Source of the DNA: the human T2T-CHM13v2.0 reference genome, Homo sapiens
Assembly (NCBI RefSeq): GCF_009914755.1
Contig: NC_060927.1
Direction: 5' to 3' (one strand)
DNA: 64,000 nucleotides
Shown here: positions 26,281-46,104 of the stretch, one piece after another
Layout: every line of letters starts with the position of its first letter
Position numbering within the stretch: position 1 is the first letter of the stretch
Made by a program: the position numbers and the translations under genes
Notes under the pieces: model-generated
Seen by the model: only the letters and a program-made list of their open reading frames with translations
Databases searched by the model: none
Told to the model about the DNA's origin: nothing

Positions 26281-28346
26281 GCTGAATTTAAGGTGCCTGT
26301 GAAACATTTACTTATACCTTCTCTAGGGCTTTCCAGTGTTCTTTAAGAGCTTCAAAATTTCCACCAACTTGGAACTTGCTGGCTGACCTTCAGAACAGTC
26401 TCTTTTAGTAGGTAGCAGATAATAACAAGACTTCACAAAGGAGCAGTACTCTACAATTAACCCAGTATTTACAAACCCATTATTTTATTAGTAGAACAGG
26501 GAAACTGAGGCTCAGAGAAATTCCCATACTTTGCAAGGCTGCATAGAAATAAGTGAAGCTTTTATAAGAACCTAGAGCCCCTTTTCCCAGGGTTTGCCGT
26601 AGGGCCTTACTTTTTAAAAATTTGTTATTTTAATAGACTTTATCTTTTTAGAAGCAGCTATAGGTTGACAGCAAAATTGAGAGGGAAGTACACAAAGTCC
26701 CAACAGGACCTTATGTTTTTACAGAGCTTAACAAGTCCCTTTGTATCCATGATTTCATCTGTTTAGGAATCACTTGAGAGGATGTCAGCTCAGAGAGGGA
26801 AGGGATTCAGTTATGCCCACACAGCAAAGCAATGCCACCTCACTGGGGTGAGGGCCCCTAGCTTCTTGTCCAAGGGCTCAGGAAGGACCAGTGCCATTCA
26901 GAAAAGTAGTGAGGCAGTGAGTGGTAGGTGTGGGCATTAAGCCAGCTTCTCTTAGTATGTCACCAGTCCCTCCCACTCACATCCCGGCATGAGAGAGTCA
27001 TCCAGATCTGGTTCTCTGAGTTTTTCCATCCTTAAGGAAAATTCTAGTGACCTAAATCTGGGCCAGAAAACCAATAAACACAGGAGTTGCTTTTTAAGAA
27101 AAACTCAGTTGATAGGCTGAAAGTGCCACGAGGCCACAGGACAATTAGAGTATGCTGGGCTCCAAATGCTGAGCAGATGCCATCCTGGTTGGGAGCCAGG
27201 CCCTGGGAATAGAAACACCAGCCCTCTGTGCCAGCCCTGGCAGGGCCCTGGGAGGCAGCTGGTCTCCAGCCAGTGGCTCCCCTCTGTTGCCAGCACTGCA
27301 CAGGCCCCAGGGGAATGAAAATTGAATTTGGCAAAATTCACATTCTTGTCTTTGGAGAGTGGGTGAGAGTTGCACCCTGGGAAGTAGATTATCAGCCAGC
27401 ACCATGAGGGGAGGGCTCACGTTCCTTTACTCGCCATCATGTCTCCAGGGTCAAAATCAGTGCCTAGCATATAACAGGTGCTCAGAAATGTTTGTTACTG
27501 ACTATCTACACACTGAAGACAGGGAACGGAGCTTTCACCACTTCCTAAGGTTTCCAATTCCCAGATCTTTATGTTTGTAGGACTCTAGGTGGCTTCCGAT
27601 TAAGTACCTATTGTTGAGGGGGACTGTGGGGAGTGGTTGTCCAAATAACAAGAGAATGGCTTCCACAGTCAGGTTCCATTTTAGAGGAGGCTCAGGGTGG
27701 AAGTAGTTTGCAAGGGAAGAGGCAGCCCGGCTGAGTCTTGGGTCTTGCAGGAAGGGAGGAAAGGGGATGCCAGAGAGATGTCTTGGGCATGGGAAGAGAG
27801 CCTAGGGCTTAACTATAGAAGGGCTTGTGGATGTCCTCTTGCTAGTTGTCCATTCACCAAGCATCTGTCTGTGGGCCTCTTCTTCGGGATGGGCTCTCCT
27901 GGGAAAGTACTGCATCTCTGTGTAGAGAAAGTGCTCCTTTCAGAGGAAGTGCTTTGAAGGGTGTGCTTAGAAGACATACCTTGCGATCTGGAGCGCAGAT
28001 GGCCAAAGACACAAAAAGCCCCTGTGTACAGCCTCCCTGAACAGAGCAGCCCCACCCTAGAGGCTCCACTGGGGTCACTTCTGCCTACAAATAAGGACAT
28101 GCTGCGAAACATGCTGACCAGTGCCTGCAGTGTGGGGCAGAGAAAGTAGCAGGTGGTTCAGGAAGACAGGAGGAAGCCTGTGGAGGGGGCAGCACCGGAG
28201 CTGGCCCTGGAAGTGTGGGGCAGACTTGGCCATAGAAGGGCAGCATAATCAAAGGCGAAGAATCGGGAGTGTTGTGTGAGTCACAGGTCATCCTGTTTGG
28301 CTTGAGGCTCAAGGAAGTGGGAGCTGAGGTTGGAAATGTAAACCTA

Positions 28347-28657
28347 GGCCAGGCAGAGCACCGTGGCTCACACCTGCAATCCCAGCACTTTGGGAGGCTG
28401 AGGCAAGAGAATCACTTAAAGATGGAGTTTGAGACCAGCCTGTGCAACAAAGCAAGACCCCATCTCTAAAAAAATTTTTTTAAAAATTAGCCTGGTGCCG
28501 TGGCATACACCTATAGTCTCAGTTACTCGGGAGGCTGAGGCAGAAGGATGGCTTGAGCCCATGAGCCCAGGCATTCAAGGTTACAGTGAACTATGATTAC
28601 ACCACAGCACTCCATCCTGGATGACAGGACAAGCCCTGTCTCTATAAACAAATAAAC
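28347..28657 (+). mobile_element. AluJ-like
   Basis: Diverged Alu with GAGCCC duplication and GTGAACTATGAT. Confidence 0.88.
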
Positions 28658-28658
28658 C

Positions 28659-29044
<386 letters not shown>

Positions 29045-30255
29045 TTAATCAGATCCTGCAGTTCATGACATATTACCATCATTGGTCCCTACACATTCCC
29101 TCTCTTGATTTGCTTATGTATTCTCATTTCCCCATCCATAGCGGGATGGCTTGCTTCTAATACATTTGCCATCCTTCTTTGTGTTTGTGCATGTTCTTAT
29201 ATAAGTGATATTGCTGCCTAGTTCTTAGGATGCATTTTGCTTTAATGTATGTAAATGATTTGGGATTTCGTATATGTTATTCTGCTGCTGGCTTTTTTAT
29301 TTGGCACTAGGATTTTAAGATTCATTCATACTACCAAGTGTGCGTACAGGCAATGACTTCTAAGGGCTGTGTAGTACCACTGAAGTACACCCACTACATC
29401 CTGTCCACGCCCAGGGGTGGACATCCATGTTGCCCACAAGTGGTTCCTTGGCAAAGGAACGCCATGTTGAGAGTTGACTTTTAGGCAGGCTGGTGGCCTG
29501 ACAGGGCTGATGCATGATCACCAGTCAATGAGACACTGGTGAGCCCAGCTTGGATGTGTCCAGCTGGAGTTAAGTGGCTGTGACTTCAGGTACTTAAGGG
29601 ACCTGCACGGCTTCTTACAGGCGGTCTGCATTCTTGGTAACGCGTAATGTAGTGACTCATGGGAGAAATATTAGGTCTCGGTCCTATCTCGGTCCTAGCT
29701 TTGAAAGGACAATGTGTTTTTGATGCATAAGAGGAAGTTTAGGAAGCAGCCCAGGAGGTCTGTTTTCCCGAAGGTTGGGCTGTGAGTAAACGTGGTCTTT
29801 GGTTTGATGCAGGGAAAGGGCGGGGGAGGGGTGGCACATACCCGCAGCAATCCGGGGGAATGGCATTGAACTGGAAAAGTGTGTGTGTGCATGTAAGTGT
29901 GAGTGTGAGCATGAGCATGAGTGTGTGTGTGCCAGAGTGTGTGAGAATGTGACTAGTCCGGAAGGGCAAGACATGGAGGTGGCATAGGGACAGGCTGTGG
30001 TTATGAGACTGTCTTCGTTCTCTCTTTTACTCATCCAACCTTGCCACGACTTAGCCTGCTGCTGGATCCCCTCTGAAGCTTCTCACTGAGGAGCCACAGT
30101 AAACTGTTATTCTTCATTTAACTGGGTTGGTTCCTGTGTATGCTTCCTGTACTTCTGGAGAATTTGTTTTCAATTTAGGGAGACAGTCCCTCTCTAAAAG
30201 AGCCCAGCAGCGCCACTGTCTGCACAGCACGTCTGTCCATCTGAGTGCATAAAGA

Positions 30256-30613
<358 letters not shown>

Positions 30614-31303
30614 TCAATGTGCTCCTTTCAGGCTGGCCAAGGCTTGGAGGGGGCAGGCAGGGGAAAGGGCATCAATGTGACGCAGTCCTAGGATCCCAGG
30701 CATTTCCTCTCCACCTCCAAGACCCACAGATGACGTCTCCAAGGCAGGTTGCAGATTGGATCCAACAGAGGTCCTGGGAATCTCTATGTCACCTCTATTA
30801 ATTATTTCCATGCATGTCCCATCCCTTGGAAAACCCTGTCAGTAAAAGAATGAGCGTGGTTCCTCAGTTTCCTCCATGTGGAATGCAGCTACTTCCACAG
30901 TGACATCAGCATTGGAGATGCCTGCAGCTCTGGGGCTGGCAGTTCCCCGAGGGTGGGGCCCATGCCCATCCTGTTCACTGCTGGACCACAGCATCTAACA
31001 CAATGCCTGGCATATAGCATAAAATATAAATTCAATATGAATTGAGCAATATCTGAAATTAAGTGGCAGGGACCAGAGAAAGAATCCGATTTTACAGGGA
31101 AAACGAGATTAAGAGAGTTGAAGGAGGCGTTTCTCAATTTTATTATTGAAAGTTTCTGGTAAATTATTTGATATGACACTTTGACAGGACACCCTTAAGT
31201 TATGGGCAGCTTTGATTGCTAGAATGTTCTTCTTTAGAAGCAAGCAAACACTCCTTGATGGAATACCCGCTGGATGTTCTGCTCTGGATGAAGCCTCAGG
31301 GCT

Positions 31304-31409
31304 ACTATATATAGAGTATAATATATATTTATATATAATATATTTAATATATAAATATATATTTATATATAATGTATTTTATATATATATATTTATATAT
31401 ATATATATT
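31304..31409. repeat. (AT)-rich simple repeat at an Alu tail
   Basis: Direct reading. Confidence 0.9.
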
Positions 31410-31689
31410 TAGAGGCAAGTTCTTGCTCTGTCATTCAGGCTGGAGTGCAGTGGCATGATCCTAGCTTGCTGCAGCCTTGAACTCCTGGTCTCAAGTAATC
31501 CTCCCACCTCAGGCTCCTGAGCAGCTGGGACTATAGGTGCACACCACTATGCCCAGCAACTTTTTTCTTTTAGAGATGGGGTCTTGCTATGTTGCCCAGG
31601 CTGGTCTTGAGCTCCTGAGCTCAACTGATGCTCGCACCTCGACCTCCCAAAGTGCTGGGATCACAGGTGTGAGCCACCCTGCCTGACCC
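31408..31689 (-). mobile_element. AluJ-like
   Basis: GCAGCCTTGAACTCCTGGTCTCAAG, TCTTGCTATGTTGCCCAGG. Confidence 0.9.
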
Positions 31690-32469
31690 AGAGCTAATAT
31701 TTTGGAGCATCTTCTCCGAGCTGGGCATTGTTTTAGGTGCCCTACTTGCATTACCTTATTTAATTCTCATTGTAGTCCTTTGAAATAAATCCCCAGTTAG
31801 CAGAAAAGGAATCTAAAGTTTAGAAGGGCAAATGCTTTAAGCAAAGTAAATGGCCCCGCTTTCAGCTGGGGAAGCTGCTGAGAGGACATATTGCATTTAG
31901 AGGAGAATGAGAGATGCCCTCAAACTTTCAGCCCTTCACTTTTAGATCAATTCCACTCTTTACAGGAGATTTACATTTTATTCTTAGTGCTTTTCTGAAA
32001 GTCCCAACTATTTTTAATTTTTTTATAGTTAGAATATAAATTAATGTGTTATAAAAATAAAATGGAATTTTAAACAGAAAGCTGGCTTGAAGATTTTGTA
32101 ATGAGCTTACTATTTGAATAATGACACAGAATTCATGTTAACACAAACAATGCACCTTAAAGTAAAACCCATTGACAGAGGCTGCAAGTGAAAGACTGTG
32201 AAGTGATGCATATAGTTGCTATATTTAAGCTATTAAGGGCTCAAGGGTATTCTTTTGCCTTTAGGATTGCCTTGGAAAGAAATCAAACTCAGAAACAGAC
32301 AAGCCAAGCCCACCGTATTCTTGGAGACACCTTCAGGTGATGGGAAGGGCCGCCCACTCTTGCAGGTCCTCCTTGGCTGACGCAGGCTTTCCTTCGCCCT
32401 CCCTAGGATGGCCTCTGAGGCCCTCTACCTTCCACTTCCCTCTGTTCTCTCCATTGCTCAAGATTTCTC

Positions 32470-32955
32470 ACCTAAGTGGCCTTTTTTCCCCTGACATGAC
32501 CAGGCTATTCCTATTCCTGGCTCAGAGCCTTTGCACTTGCTGTTGCCTCTTCTTGGGACTCCTCTTCCCCAGATCTTTATGTGGCTGGCTCCCTGTCTTC
32601 ATTAAGGTTCCAGTTCTGGCATCCCATTCTCAGGAAGCCTTGCCTGACGATCCTCGCTGAAGAGGTGCCTTTCTGCCTCCCTGCTCTAGCTATCCTGGCC
32701 ACTCTGTATCCCATAACAGAATATGACTCCGTTCTATTGTCTTGATAACATTTGTCATATGTCAAATGATCTTATACATATAATTGCTTAGGTGTCCCTT
32801 ACCACCTTTCCCTTTGGACCACTCAGTGAAAGCAGGCACTTCTTCTTGTTCACCATTGTTTCGCCAGCACCTATGCTGTGCTGTGTACAAAGGATGTGCT
32901 TAGCAAGCATTTGTCAATTACATCAATGACTGAATACTTGGATGAGTGAATGAGC
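32470..32955 (+). mobile_element. L2 3' end fragment
   Basis: CAGAGCCTTTGCACTTGCTGTT...CAGCACCTA...TGAATGAG tail. Confidence 0.65.
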
Positions 32956-34015
32956 CAGCTAAACTGGAGGTAGTACAGTAAAAAGGGATCTGGACTGAGG
33001 AATGAAAAGACGCCATAAAAGTTCTCACCTCCTTGCTCCATCAACACAGGGGCCATTGATTTTTGCGAAAACCCCTTAATCTCTTTAAGCCTCAACTTCC
33101 TCATCAGAAAAATGGGGATAACAACACCTTCCCTTTGTGCCTCCCCAGGTTGTGAGTGAGGAATGGATGCCATTGTTAGTGGCTTCCGTTGTGCTCAGTG
33201 GAAACACGCATCTACAGGTAGAATGTAGAGGAACAGCCCAATTCAGCTGTCTTGTGGATTTCAGGTTTGTTTTTGTTTTTTTTTTTTCCAAGCAACAACT
33301 GAGTGTTTCCTGAGCACTATTAGATCCCCAGAGCTCCTAGGGACTGGGATCTGCATAAGAGGCAGGGACCTGGCCCTTGATTTAATTGGGGAGTAATTAG
33401 TGAGCAATGCCAGCCCTTTATTAGTCATGGTCTAATAAGCTGAAATGAAGTAAGGCCAAAAAAATCCATTAACTATAGCCATATTTACACTTTCGTTGTC
33501 AGCCACACCATTGTTGGTTTAAAACAAGCCGCCTTTAATTTATTATAGTCATTATTTCTGTCTGGAAGAGAAATTCAGGAAGGAACCTGAATTTCGTAAG
33601 TATGCGTGCAATGATTACAGTTGAAGGGAATCTATGCTTGGTGGATATTTTTCAGAACCAGTGAATCTCAGAATAGTAGAACTTTTACTACTTCTAAGAA
33701 AGAAATAGGTCTCACACTGCACTAATAAAGAAGGTCCTAGGAACTATGTTTGCTAAGAGACTTCCCTTTTGGTCTTAACTGCTAACTAACACAGCAGGAA
33801 CCTGAATTATTTGGGAGATAGGACTTGGAAATAAGAAAGAAGAGAGTGAGGTATGAGCATGACAGGACCAAGCCTCTCAGGCTGGGGTGAAGATGGCACA
33901 CTTTGGGTGCAGTGAGGAGGCTGGCCTGCCTGGAGTGGGGTTTGTGCCGAGAGGCAGCGAGAGATGCTGCTGGGAGCATGTGGAGAAGGGCTTTGAATAC
34001 CAGGGCAAGGAACAT

Positions 34016-34520
34016 TGTGGTAGATTGTGTTTTTCAAAGATTGCTGCAACAATATGTTCATCCTACATTCTCTTCTTAAAATGTGATCCTGCTACCCCTC
34101 CCACTGCAGGCTGTGGTCTCTCTGCCTCTCTCTGGAACACAGGAGGAACTTTGCTACTGCCTTGACCAACAGAATATGGGGGAAGCGACATTGTGTGAAT
34201 TACAAGGTTAGGTCATACAAATTCTATGCACTTCCTTTTTTTCTCTCTTGGGACATTTTCTCTTGGAACCCAGTCACCACGCTCTGAAGAGGCCCAAATT
34301 GGCCCACGTTGAGAGATTACATGCAGAGGCCAGGTATAGGTGATCTGGCAGTAGTAAGCTGAAGACCAGAATTAAACACGAGACATGTAAGTGAAGATAA
34401 CTCCAGCTACTGCCAGCCCCCAGCAGTTGAGCACACCCCCAGTCTTTATGTCTTCCCACATGAGGCCCCAGGTATGGTGGAACAGCAATAAACCACCCTG
34501 CTGAGTCTTGTTTAAACGCC
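34016..34520 (+). mobile_element. Old MLT1-type LTR
   Basis: TGTGGTAGATTG start; TTGACCAACAGAATATGG, CTCTTGGAACCCAGTCACCAC. Confidence 0.65.
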
Positions 34521-35858
34521 TAGCCCTCAGCATCGGCAAGATAAGGGCTGGTTTATGCCGCTCCCAGATGGTTGTCTCATGGGGTGATTTGTTAAACAGA
34601 AAGAGAAACTGGAAGGAACACACACTTCAGTGGGAGGCATTAAGGATAGAGGCACACTCTGAGCCATGCCAGGAACCCATAGCATCCAGCACAGGGCATC
34701 CTGAGCTGCCGGCCTCACTGACAGTCATGGCAGTCATCTTTGCTCCTCCAGTCGTGGTAATTCTCAGAAGGTTTTCATGGATAAACATGGGGCAGGTGGT
34801 GCAGAGACTGCTTGCCATCTCTCTCCACAAATGAAGAAACTGAGACTCAGTGAGAGTAAGTGGCTAGCTAAAGTCCCTACAGTGGGTGAGTGGACCAAGC
34901 CAGCATCTCCCACACCCAGCAAAGCACCATCTAATTCTTCCTATTACACTGGCCTCGGTACCCTCCCTGTCTCCTGCCCTTTCCCTGATAGATGAAGAAA
35001 CTCTGGCCAGAGAACCTCCATGCCTTGTTCAAGGTCCCTAAAACAAGCAAACAACATCCAGCGACTGCTGGGCACCATGCCGCTTGCAGGGACGTGGGTT
35101 TCTCTGGTTGACTACAGGTGACCCTGGTGTCCATCATGACTATTGTGATGTCATAGCTTGTCTAGACTAACTCCTCATTATACCCATGGGCAAGCCAGAG
35201 CCTACCCATTTTTAAGGTCCATCCACCTGTCCCCTCCTCAATAAAGCCTTCCCTGATGTCTCCACCACTAATAATTAATCACCTTCTCCGTGAGCTCCAA
35301 TAACACTTTGCTCACAACTCTACCATAGCATATTATATGGAAGTATCTCTACTTATATATCCAGTGATTAATGCTGGCTGTCAACTGGGCCTTTAGCTGG
35401 GCTGTTGCCAAGACACCTACAATGACCTCTCCATGTAGTCTCTCCACATTAGAGACAACTGATAAGTGTTAATGAACTAGAAATGCACCTGCAGGTCCAA
35501 CAACCAACTGGAGAATCTGAGTGTGTATAAGGGGAGAGAAGCAGTGCTCATGTGGGTATCTGGGGGCAGGGAGGGAGGGAAGAGAGTTTGAGTTAAAACG
35601 AAATGACTTTTCATTTCCCTCGGCAACCCCGAGAGTCTGGGTTTTCTTCTGGAATGTTTTGCGTGACCCACTCTGGTAGCAGGCTCTCTGCCAGTACATC
35701 CTGACAGAAAGCTCACAATTAGGGCCACGGTAACCAGAAACAGAGCTGGAAGGGCTGCCCAGGGCAGGCAAACGGAGCCCGGCAGTGTGGTCTGCACCAT
35801 GCTAAGTCAGGGATGTCTGCAGGCCTGGCCAGAACCCTTGTGGCTGTGGCGTATTTAG

Positions 35859-36268
<410 letters not shown>

Positions 36269-37527
36269 AAGCCTCTACCACGTGATGTCACAGGTGTGGG
36301 CCCAGCGGTGCACAAGTAAGACCCAGCTCCTCCACGCCAGCTTGCCCATCACTTGGAAACTTACATTGCCTCTCTTGGGCTTACTTTTCTTGTCTGTAAG
36401 AACTGGGCACCTGTGAGACATTTAGCGTGGTGGACACGTGGCCACGCCGTGCATTCTGGCTGAGAGCAAGTGTTCTCAGCCATCTCCCTCAGACCCTAAC
36501 TCCACAGACCTCCCTTTCTCAGCAGGGTGACTAACAGACCATCAGAGTGGCAGGAAATTGGAGAATCGCTACGACAGTCACCCAGCCTGGCTGGCAGCAT
36601 TGAAAGAACAAACAAGTGAGCCTCCAGAATTAAGGAATTAAGGAGAAAAGCAGCCCTGACTTCAGAGGGTGATGGAAAGTTTGCAATAGATAAGAATATT
36701 GAGCTGAGAGAGGGAAGGGAATAAGCAATCTTAACTAGTCGGTTTCCTTCCCAAAGTCCTCTTCAGGTGATTTTTTTCTCAGGAGGTTCAAAGCACTTGC
36801 CAGCTCCCTCTGAGGTGGCTTCTCCCCTGCCCCTGTGGTGAGCGTTAGTCAGATGGGGATGATGGGGACGTGCCGCTCAGGCAGAGCACACAGGCTCCGT
36901 GGGGCGGCGGAGACAGCACCGGACAGGCCAGCGGAGTCGGGTGGCTGTGTTCGAGGCCCGTCTCTGGATAAGCTGCTTTCTCTGAGGCTCGGCTTTCTCA
37001 TTGTGTCTGTAACGTGAGAGGTCGGCCCGTGGCCGCACGGACCCTGCTCCCATCCTGCCTCGCTGTTCCTTTGCATCTGCAGCTCCCCCTCTCCCTACCC
37101 TTCAGCTCTTACTGCACACACTCACCCCTGCTTCCGTTCTGGTTTCTCCTCTCCTCCCTCATCTCAAATGGTGCCCACTGCAAGTCACTCCTTCTCCATC
37201 TCTGACTGCAACTGGCCCTTCCTTGTCAAAAACCCTTCTTCCTCCAGCTCTGGGCAAGCACTCCCTCCTGTTCTCCTGAGCAATCAGATGCCACACAGGT
37301 TACTACAGTGCAGCCCTCTCAGCTCTGACTACTTATAAGACACCGTGGGCTCTGTTTAAACCTGAAAGCTCGATTCGCCCCAAGCCAATGGAATCCAGTG
37401 TCTTTTCAAAGCCTCCTGAAGGATTCGAATGCGCTCCCAGGGCTGAGAACTAAGGTGGTCCACACCTCTGTCCCATGTGGATTAACCTCCTCCCTTTATA
37501 AAAACAAATTCAAGGCCCTTCAAAAGC

Positions 37528-37882
<355 letters not shown>

Positions 37883-39568
37883 TAAAAAGCCTTTGGCCGT
37901 CAAGCCCCGGGAATTGGTGGCATTCCCCAATCAGCTCACAGCGCATTTGCATGAGCGGTCCCTGCATGTCCCCTCTTTTCTTGTGCTAAAGGTGATTATC
38001 CCCAGGGCCAAATCCTATTCTTTTTTTTTTTTTTTTAACCCATAGACCATCATTTTGATATGTTTACCTTTTTGTTTGAACATGTTCTTGCAAAGTGTGT
38101 TCTTCTGTGTATACGTACTTTTACGTATGGCAATGACATGCCCTGTGGTCCCTGCCAGTGACTTGGCTTCCTGATGCTCCATAGGTACATCTTCCATAAA
38201 GACCGCGCCCTGAGCTCACCATTCCTCTTTCTGAGAGAGCTGAGGCAGTTCTTCCTTCAGGGGAGCAACCATTGTTCTAGGCTCAAAGCAAGTCTGAGAG
38301 AGACGCACACGTGTGGGATTCTAGGACCTTGACCCTCCACCGCAAACAGAGGCACTCACCTCTGCATTCTGGGAAACGGCAGTCTGTGTGTCAGCCAGAT
38401 AAACACTTAAGTTCAGGGGCATCTGACAAACAGCTGTCCCCACCGACCTTGTTTTGTTGGTCCCATTTTCACAACTGTTGATGTGGCTTCCTGAGTTCCT
38501 GACCACTTGAATAAACAACCAAGAGCAGCAGCCTCGACTCCCTGCAGGACCCTGCGCAGGCCGCGCTGGGCAGCTGTCCATCAGCACCCCTGTGCACACA
38601 GAGAGCAGGCAGCAGACCAGCGCCCTGGACGGCTGGTACCGACGCCCTCCATCTGTCCGTCTGTCCCCAGGGCTGGGTGGACAGGGAAATCTCTTTACAG
38701 TGCAGACAGCGGAGCCTGGTGTTGAGACCAACTGACCTGATCTTGAAAGGACTGCATTCTCCTGCCACTGTCTGGCAGATTCCAGCTTGGGGCCTGTTTT
38801 CTGGAGCTAGCTGTCACATGAACCCCAGCCTGCTGGCTGGGAGATCCAGCCAGGTCAGTTTTATGGCCAAGAGAGCAACCAGTTACTATCTCGAGCTGGA
38901 GAAAATGGATTATCTTTAGTCCTTCTGTGCAAAACTAAAACCAAAATGTTTCTGTTTTTGGTTTGGGAGTGATGCATCTGGGCAGAGGGGTGAGGTGTTA
39001 GACTCAGTCCATGCCCCTCATTTTGCAAGGCTGAAACTGAGGCCAAAGGGACTTGCTCAGGGTCACAGAGTTGCAGAAAAGCCCCCAGTCAAACTCAGCG
39101 GTCCTGAACCCCAGGCTGTCCTTTCAATTCCCCAGCCTTTGTTCCAGGTTTCATCCCCCACAGGGCTGCTTGTCCTCATCAGTGCACAGTAATCTGAGGC
39201 TCTGCAGGAGGGGGCCGCCTTCTCTTTCATGCTGTGCTGTTGAGCGTAGACCGCAAAACGTGGAATACCTTGCCCAGGGTTTCTGTCCAGCTTTGCTGTG
39301 TATTTCAATCTTTTGAGCTTCAGTTTCCAACTCTGGGGAGAAGGGCTAACAAGAGTTATGATATATGCATCAGGAGCTTTAAAACAGTCATAGCCTTTAA
39401 CCCAGCGATTGGACTTCTGGGAAATTATCCTGTAAAAGTGAATGAAAAAGCTTTATGCTCACAATGTTCATTGTGCACATAAGAAAAATGAATCTCCAAA
39501 ACAGTTTCAAACTCACAAACAGAGCATGATCCCAGCTGAGTTAAAAAAAAAAAAAAAAAAGGGAAGGA

Positions 39569-39868
39569 GGCCAGGCGCGGTGGCTCACGCCTGTCATCCC
39601 AGTACTTAGGGAGGCTGAGGTGGGTGAGGTCAGGAGTTTGAGACCAGCCTGGCCAACACGGTGAAACCTCGTCTCTACTAAAAATACAAAAATTAGCCGG
39701 GCGTAGGGGCGGATGCCTGTGATCGCAGCTACTCAGGAGGCTGAGGCAGGAGAATTGCTTGAACGGGGAGGCGGAGGTTGCAGTGAGCTGAGATTGCGCC
39801 ATTGCACTCCAGCCTGGGCTATAAGAGCAAGACTCTGTCTCAAATTAAAAAGAAAAAAAAGAAAAAAG
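39569..39868 (+). mobile_element. Alu (AluS-like)
   Basis: GGCCAGGCGCGGTGGCTC... A-rich tail. Confidence 0.92.
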
Positions 39869-39971
39869 AAGGAAGTAAATAAACAATACCCAGGGTTGCT
39901 CAGGTGATGGGTTTATAAATAATAGTTTCTTTATTCTTTTACTGTTTCAAAATGTTTTACCGTGTATCTAC

Positions 39972-41361
<1,390 letters not shown>

Positions 41362-41810
41362 CATATAAAGAAGGAAACATTTAAAATTCTAGCCTGTTTT
41401 ACAGTGTTCTAAGCCAGTTTTTTCAACATTGACTATCAGATTAATTCTCACCGCAGCCCCGGAGTTAGGTATGGACTTGAACTCCATACCTCATTTACAA
41501 ATGAGGAGGCTGAGGCCAGGGAAGTGAAGAGACTGTTTCTACCTGGGAGTGGAGGGGCCAGCAAGGGACCAGGCTTCTGGCTGTGGTGACAGGGCTCCTG
41601 CCATCAACATGCCTGCCCCTTAAAGCACAATGCCAAGACTAACCAAGGATGGGGCAGGGCGAATTGTTAGGCAGCCTGAGACCTGTATGTGAGGGGGACA
41701 GACAGCAGAGGGGGTGCCTGGGGTTCCTGACCCCCTTCCTCTGGCTAAAGCAGAGAAAGGGCTAGACACAGGCAATATCCACAGAGAGACTACATGGTGC
41801 CTGAACTTGA

Positions 41811-42146
<336 letters not shown>

Positions 42147-42949
42147 TGAATTCATAAAGTGGTCACTGAGTTGCATCATCGGGGGGGTGGCGGGTGGCGG
42201 GAAGAGGGTCAGCAGTGCCAGGAGCAGGTAGGATACCATTTCCAAATCACGTACCACCGAACAACCATTTTCCGGTCTAGAAAATAATAGCAGCCGGCCC
42301 TCATCTGGTGGCCTCTTTCCCTGGGGTTGTGGTGCCCCGAGGGTCAGAGAGCCTATCAAAAGTCCTTGGTGTTTCAGGCCGCCTTTACTCCCCCTTCTCA
42401 CTCATTCTACTCCTTTTTGGAAGCTCAGAGCTCCCCAAGAGAGGAATGCAGGCCTGGTGGCTCTGGGTTAAGAAGGCTGAGACAGAAGGTCCAAGCTGTC
42501 TCCGAAACTCACACAGAGGCTGGCAGGAGAGAAAAGACAGGCCACTTGGGCTCACAAGGTTGAGGGTCCAGGTGTCTGCAAAGGGGAGGGAGCATGCGGC
42601 TTGAACACGCGCTTGAGTGGTGCCTCAGCATCTCCCCCTGCCCAGGTAGCACCGTTTTGCAGCATCACCTCCGGTATCTCTGGGTAAGGTCCGCATTGCC
42701 TGAGCCCCTTGTCAGAGCACCTCCAACGTATGGGCAGTGGCTATGTCATCAGTGCCCTGAAGGATAAAATGTCACCTTGTGGTGAGCGTGGGAAGACAGC
42801 CCTAGCAAGAGGCGGAGAAGGCACAGGCCTTTCCTGCGTTTGGGTGTCTCACAGGGTCCGTCTGGCTGCAGTGTGGATGAAGAGTGAGTGTTGCAGGGAA
42901 GAAACCTCCCCCGGATGCCTGGCAGTGCAGGGTAACGGACAGAGCTCTT

Positions 42950-43097
42950 GAGGGTGAGATGCACCAGGATCCCCTGCATCGTGGGGAGCTTATTTAAAAA
43001 TGCAGATTATGGGCTGTCCTCTGAGATTCTGGTTGAGTAGTCTGGGGCGGGGCCTAAGCATCAGTGTTTAAACATGTTCTCCGGACGATGCTGATGC
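42950..43097. mobile_element. MER5A-like MITE
   Basis: GGGAGCTTATTTAAAAATGCAGATT...GATGCTGATGCATGTGGTCTCTGGACCACACT. Confidence 0.7.
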
Positions 43098-43448
43098 ATG
43101 TGGTCTCTGGACCACACTTGGGGATCCCTTGACTAAAAGGTTAGCCTGACTTGCCCACAGCCAGATAGAACTACACAGGCTCCAGAATATGTCCTTGTAC
43201 TGACACCATCTCGTCTCTGGTCCGGAAGCCCAATTAAGGCGCCCATATAATCCACCCCAAAGAGGCATCTCCTCATTCTCCCAGATGCTGCTGAGATGTC
43301 TTTCTGGGAATTTCTGCATTTTCCCATGGGAAGGAGGATTTTATATATTCTCAATGTTTAGTTTTGGGGGACAAAGTACACATAAGTGCTTCTCACCCTG
43401 GGTTACCTGGAACTCTAGTACTCCACGGTGCCATAAGCAAGTCCTTGA

Positions 43449-43761
<313 letters not shown>

Positions 43762-44046
43762 CCCCCAAAAACTCTTAACTATAATAAAACTGTACGGCTA
43801 ATATTGCTTTTGGTGCAAAACACATCCATTTAGCATGCAGACATTGGGCTGAATCCACTGCAGCGAACATGTATTAAGTCCTCACTGTGGGTTCGGCAGG
43901 GCTGGCCTGGAGTTTACATGTTTTCGTGTCACTGATTCATTAGCACATGGGTAAACTAGTTATTAATTAATGCACTCAAGCAGGCAATGTTGTCCGAAAG
44001 AAAGATTCCACACAGGGAACAAAATAATGACACTTAAAAGGTTTGA

Positions 44047-46104
<2,058 letters not shown>

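Noticed and set aside
24739-26346. Long plus-strand ORFs (231-501 aa), including Cys-rich CCSGQVCC repeats resembling keratin-associated proteins
   Set aside because: The plus strand is nearly devoid of A, so stop codons are rare in all three frames. The 26-bp period cycles the motif through all frames, which is not how a coding repeat behaves.
38560-38640. REST/RE1-like half sites (GCTGTCC-A-TCAGCACC; CCAGCGCCCTGGACGGC)
   Set aside because: Wrong half-site arrangement or mismatches at core positions; cannot be supported without ChIP data
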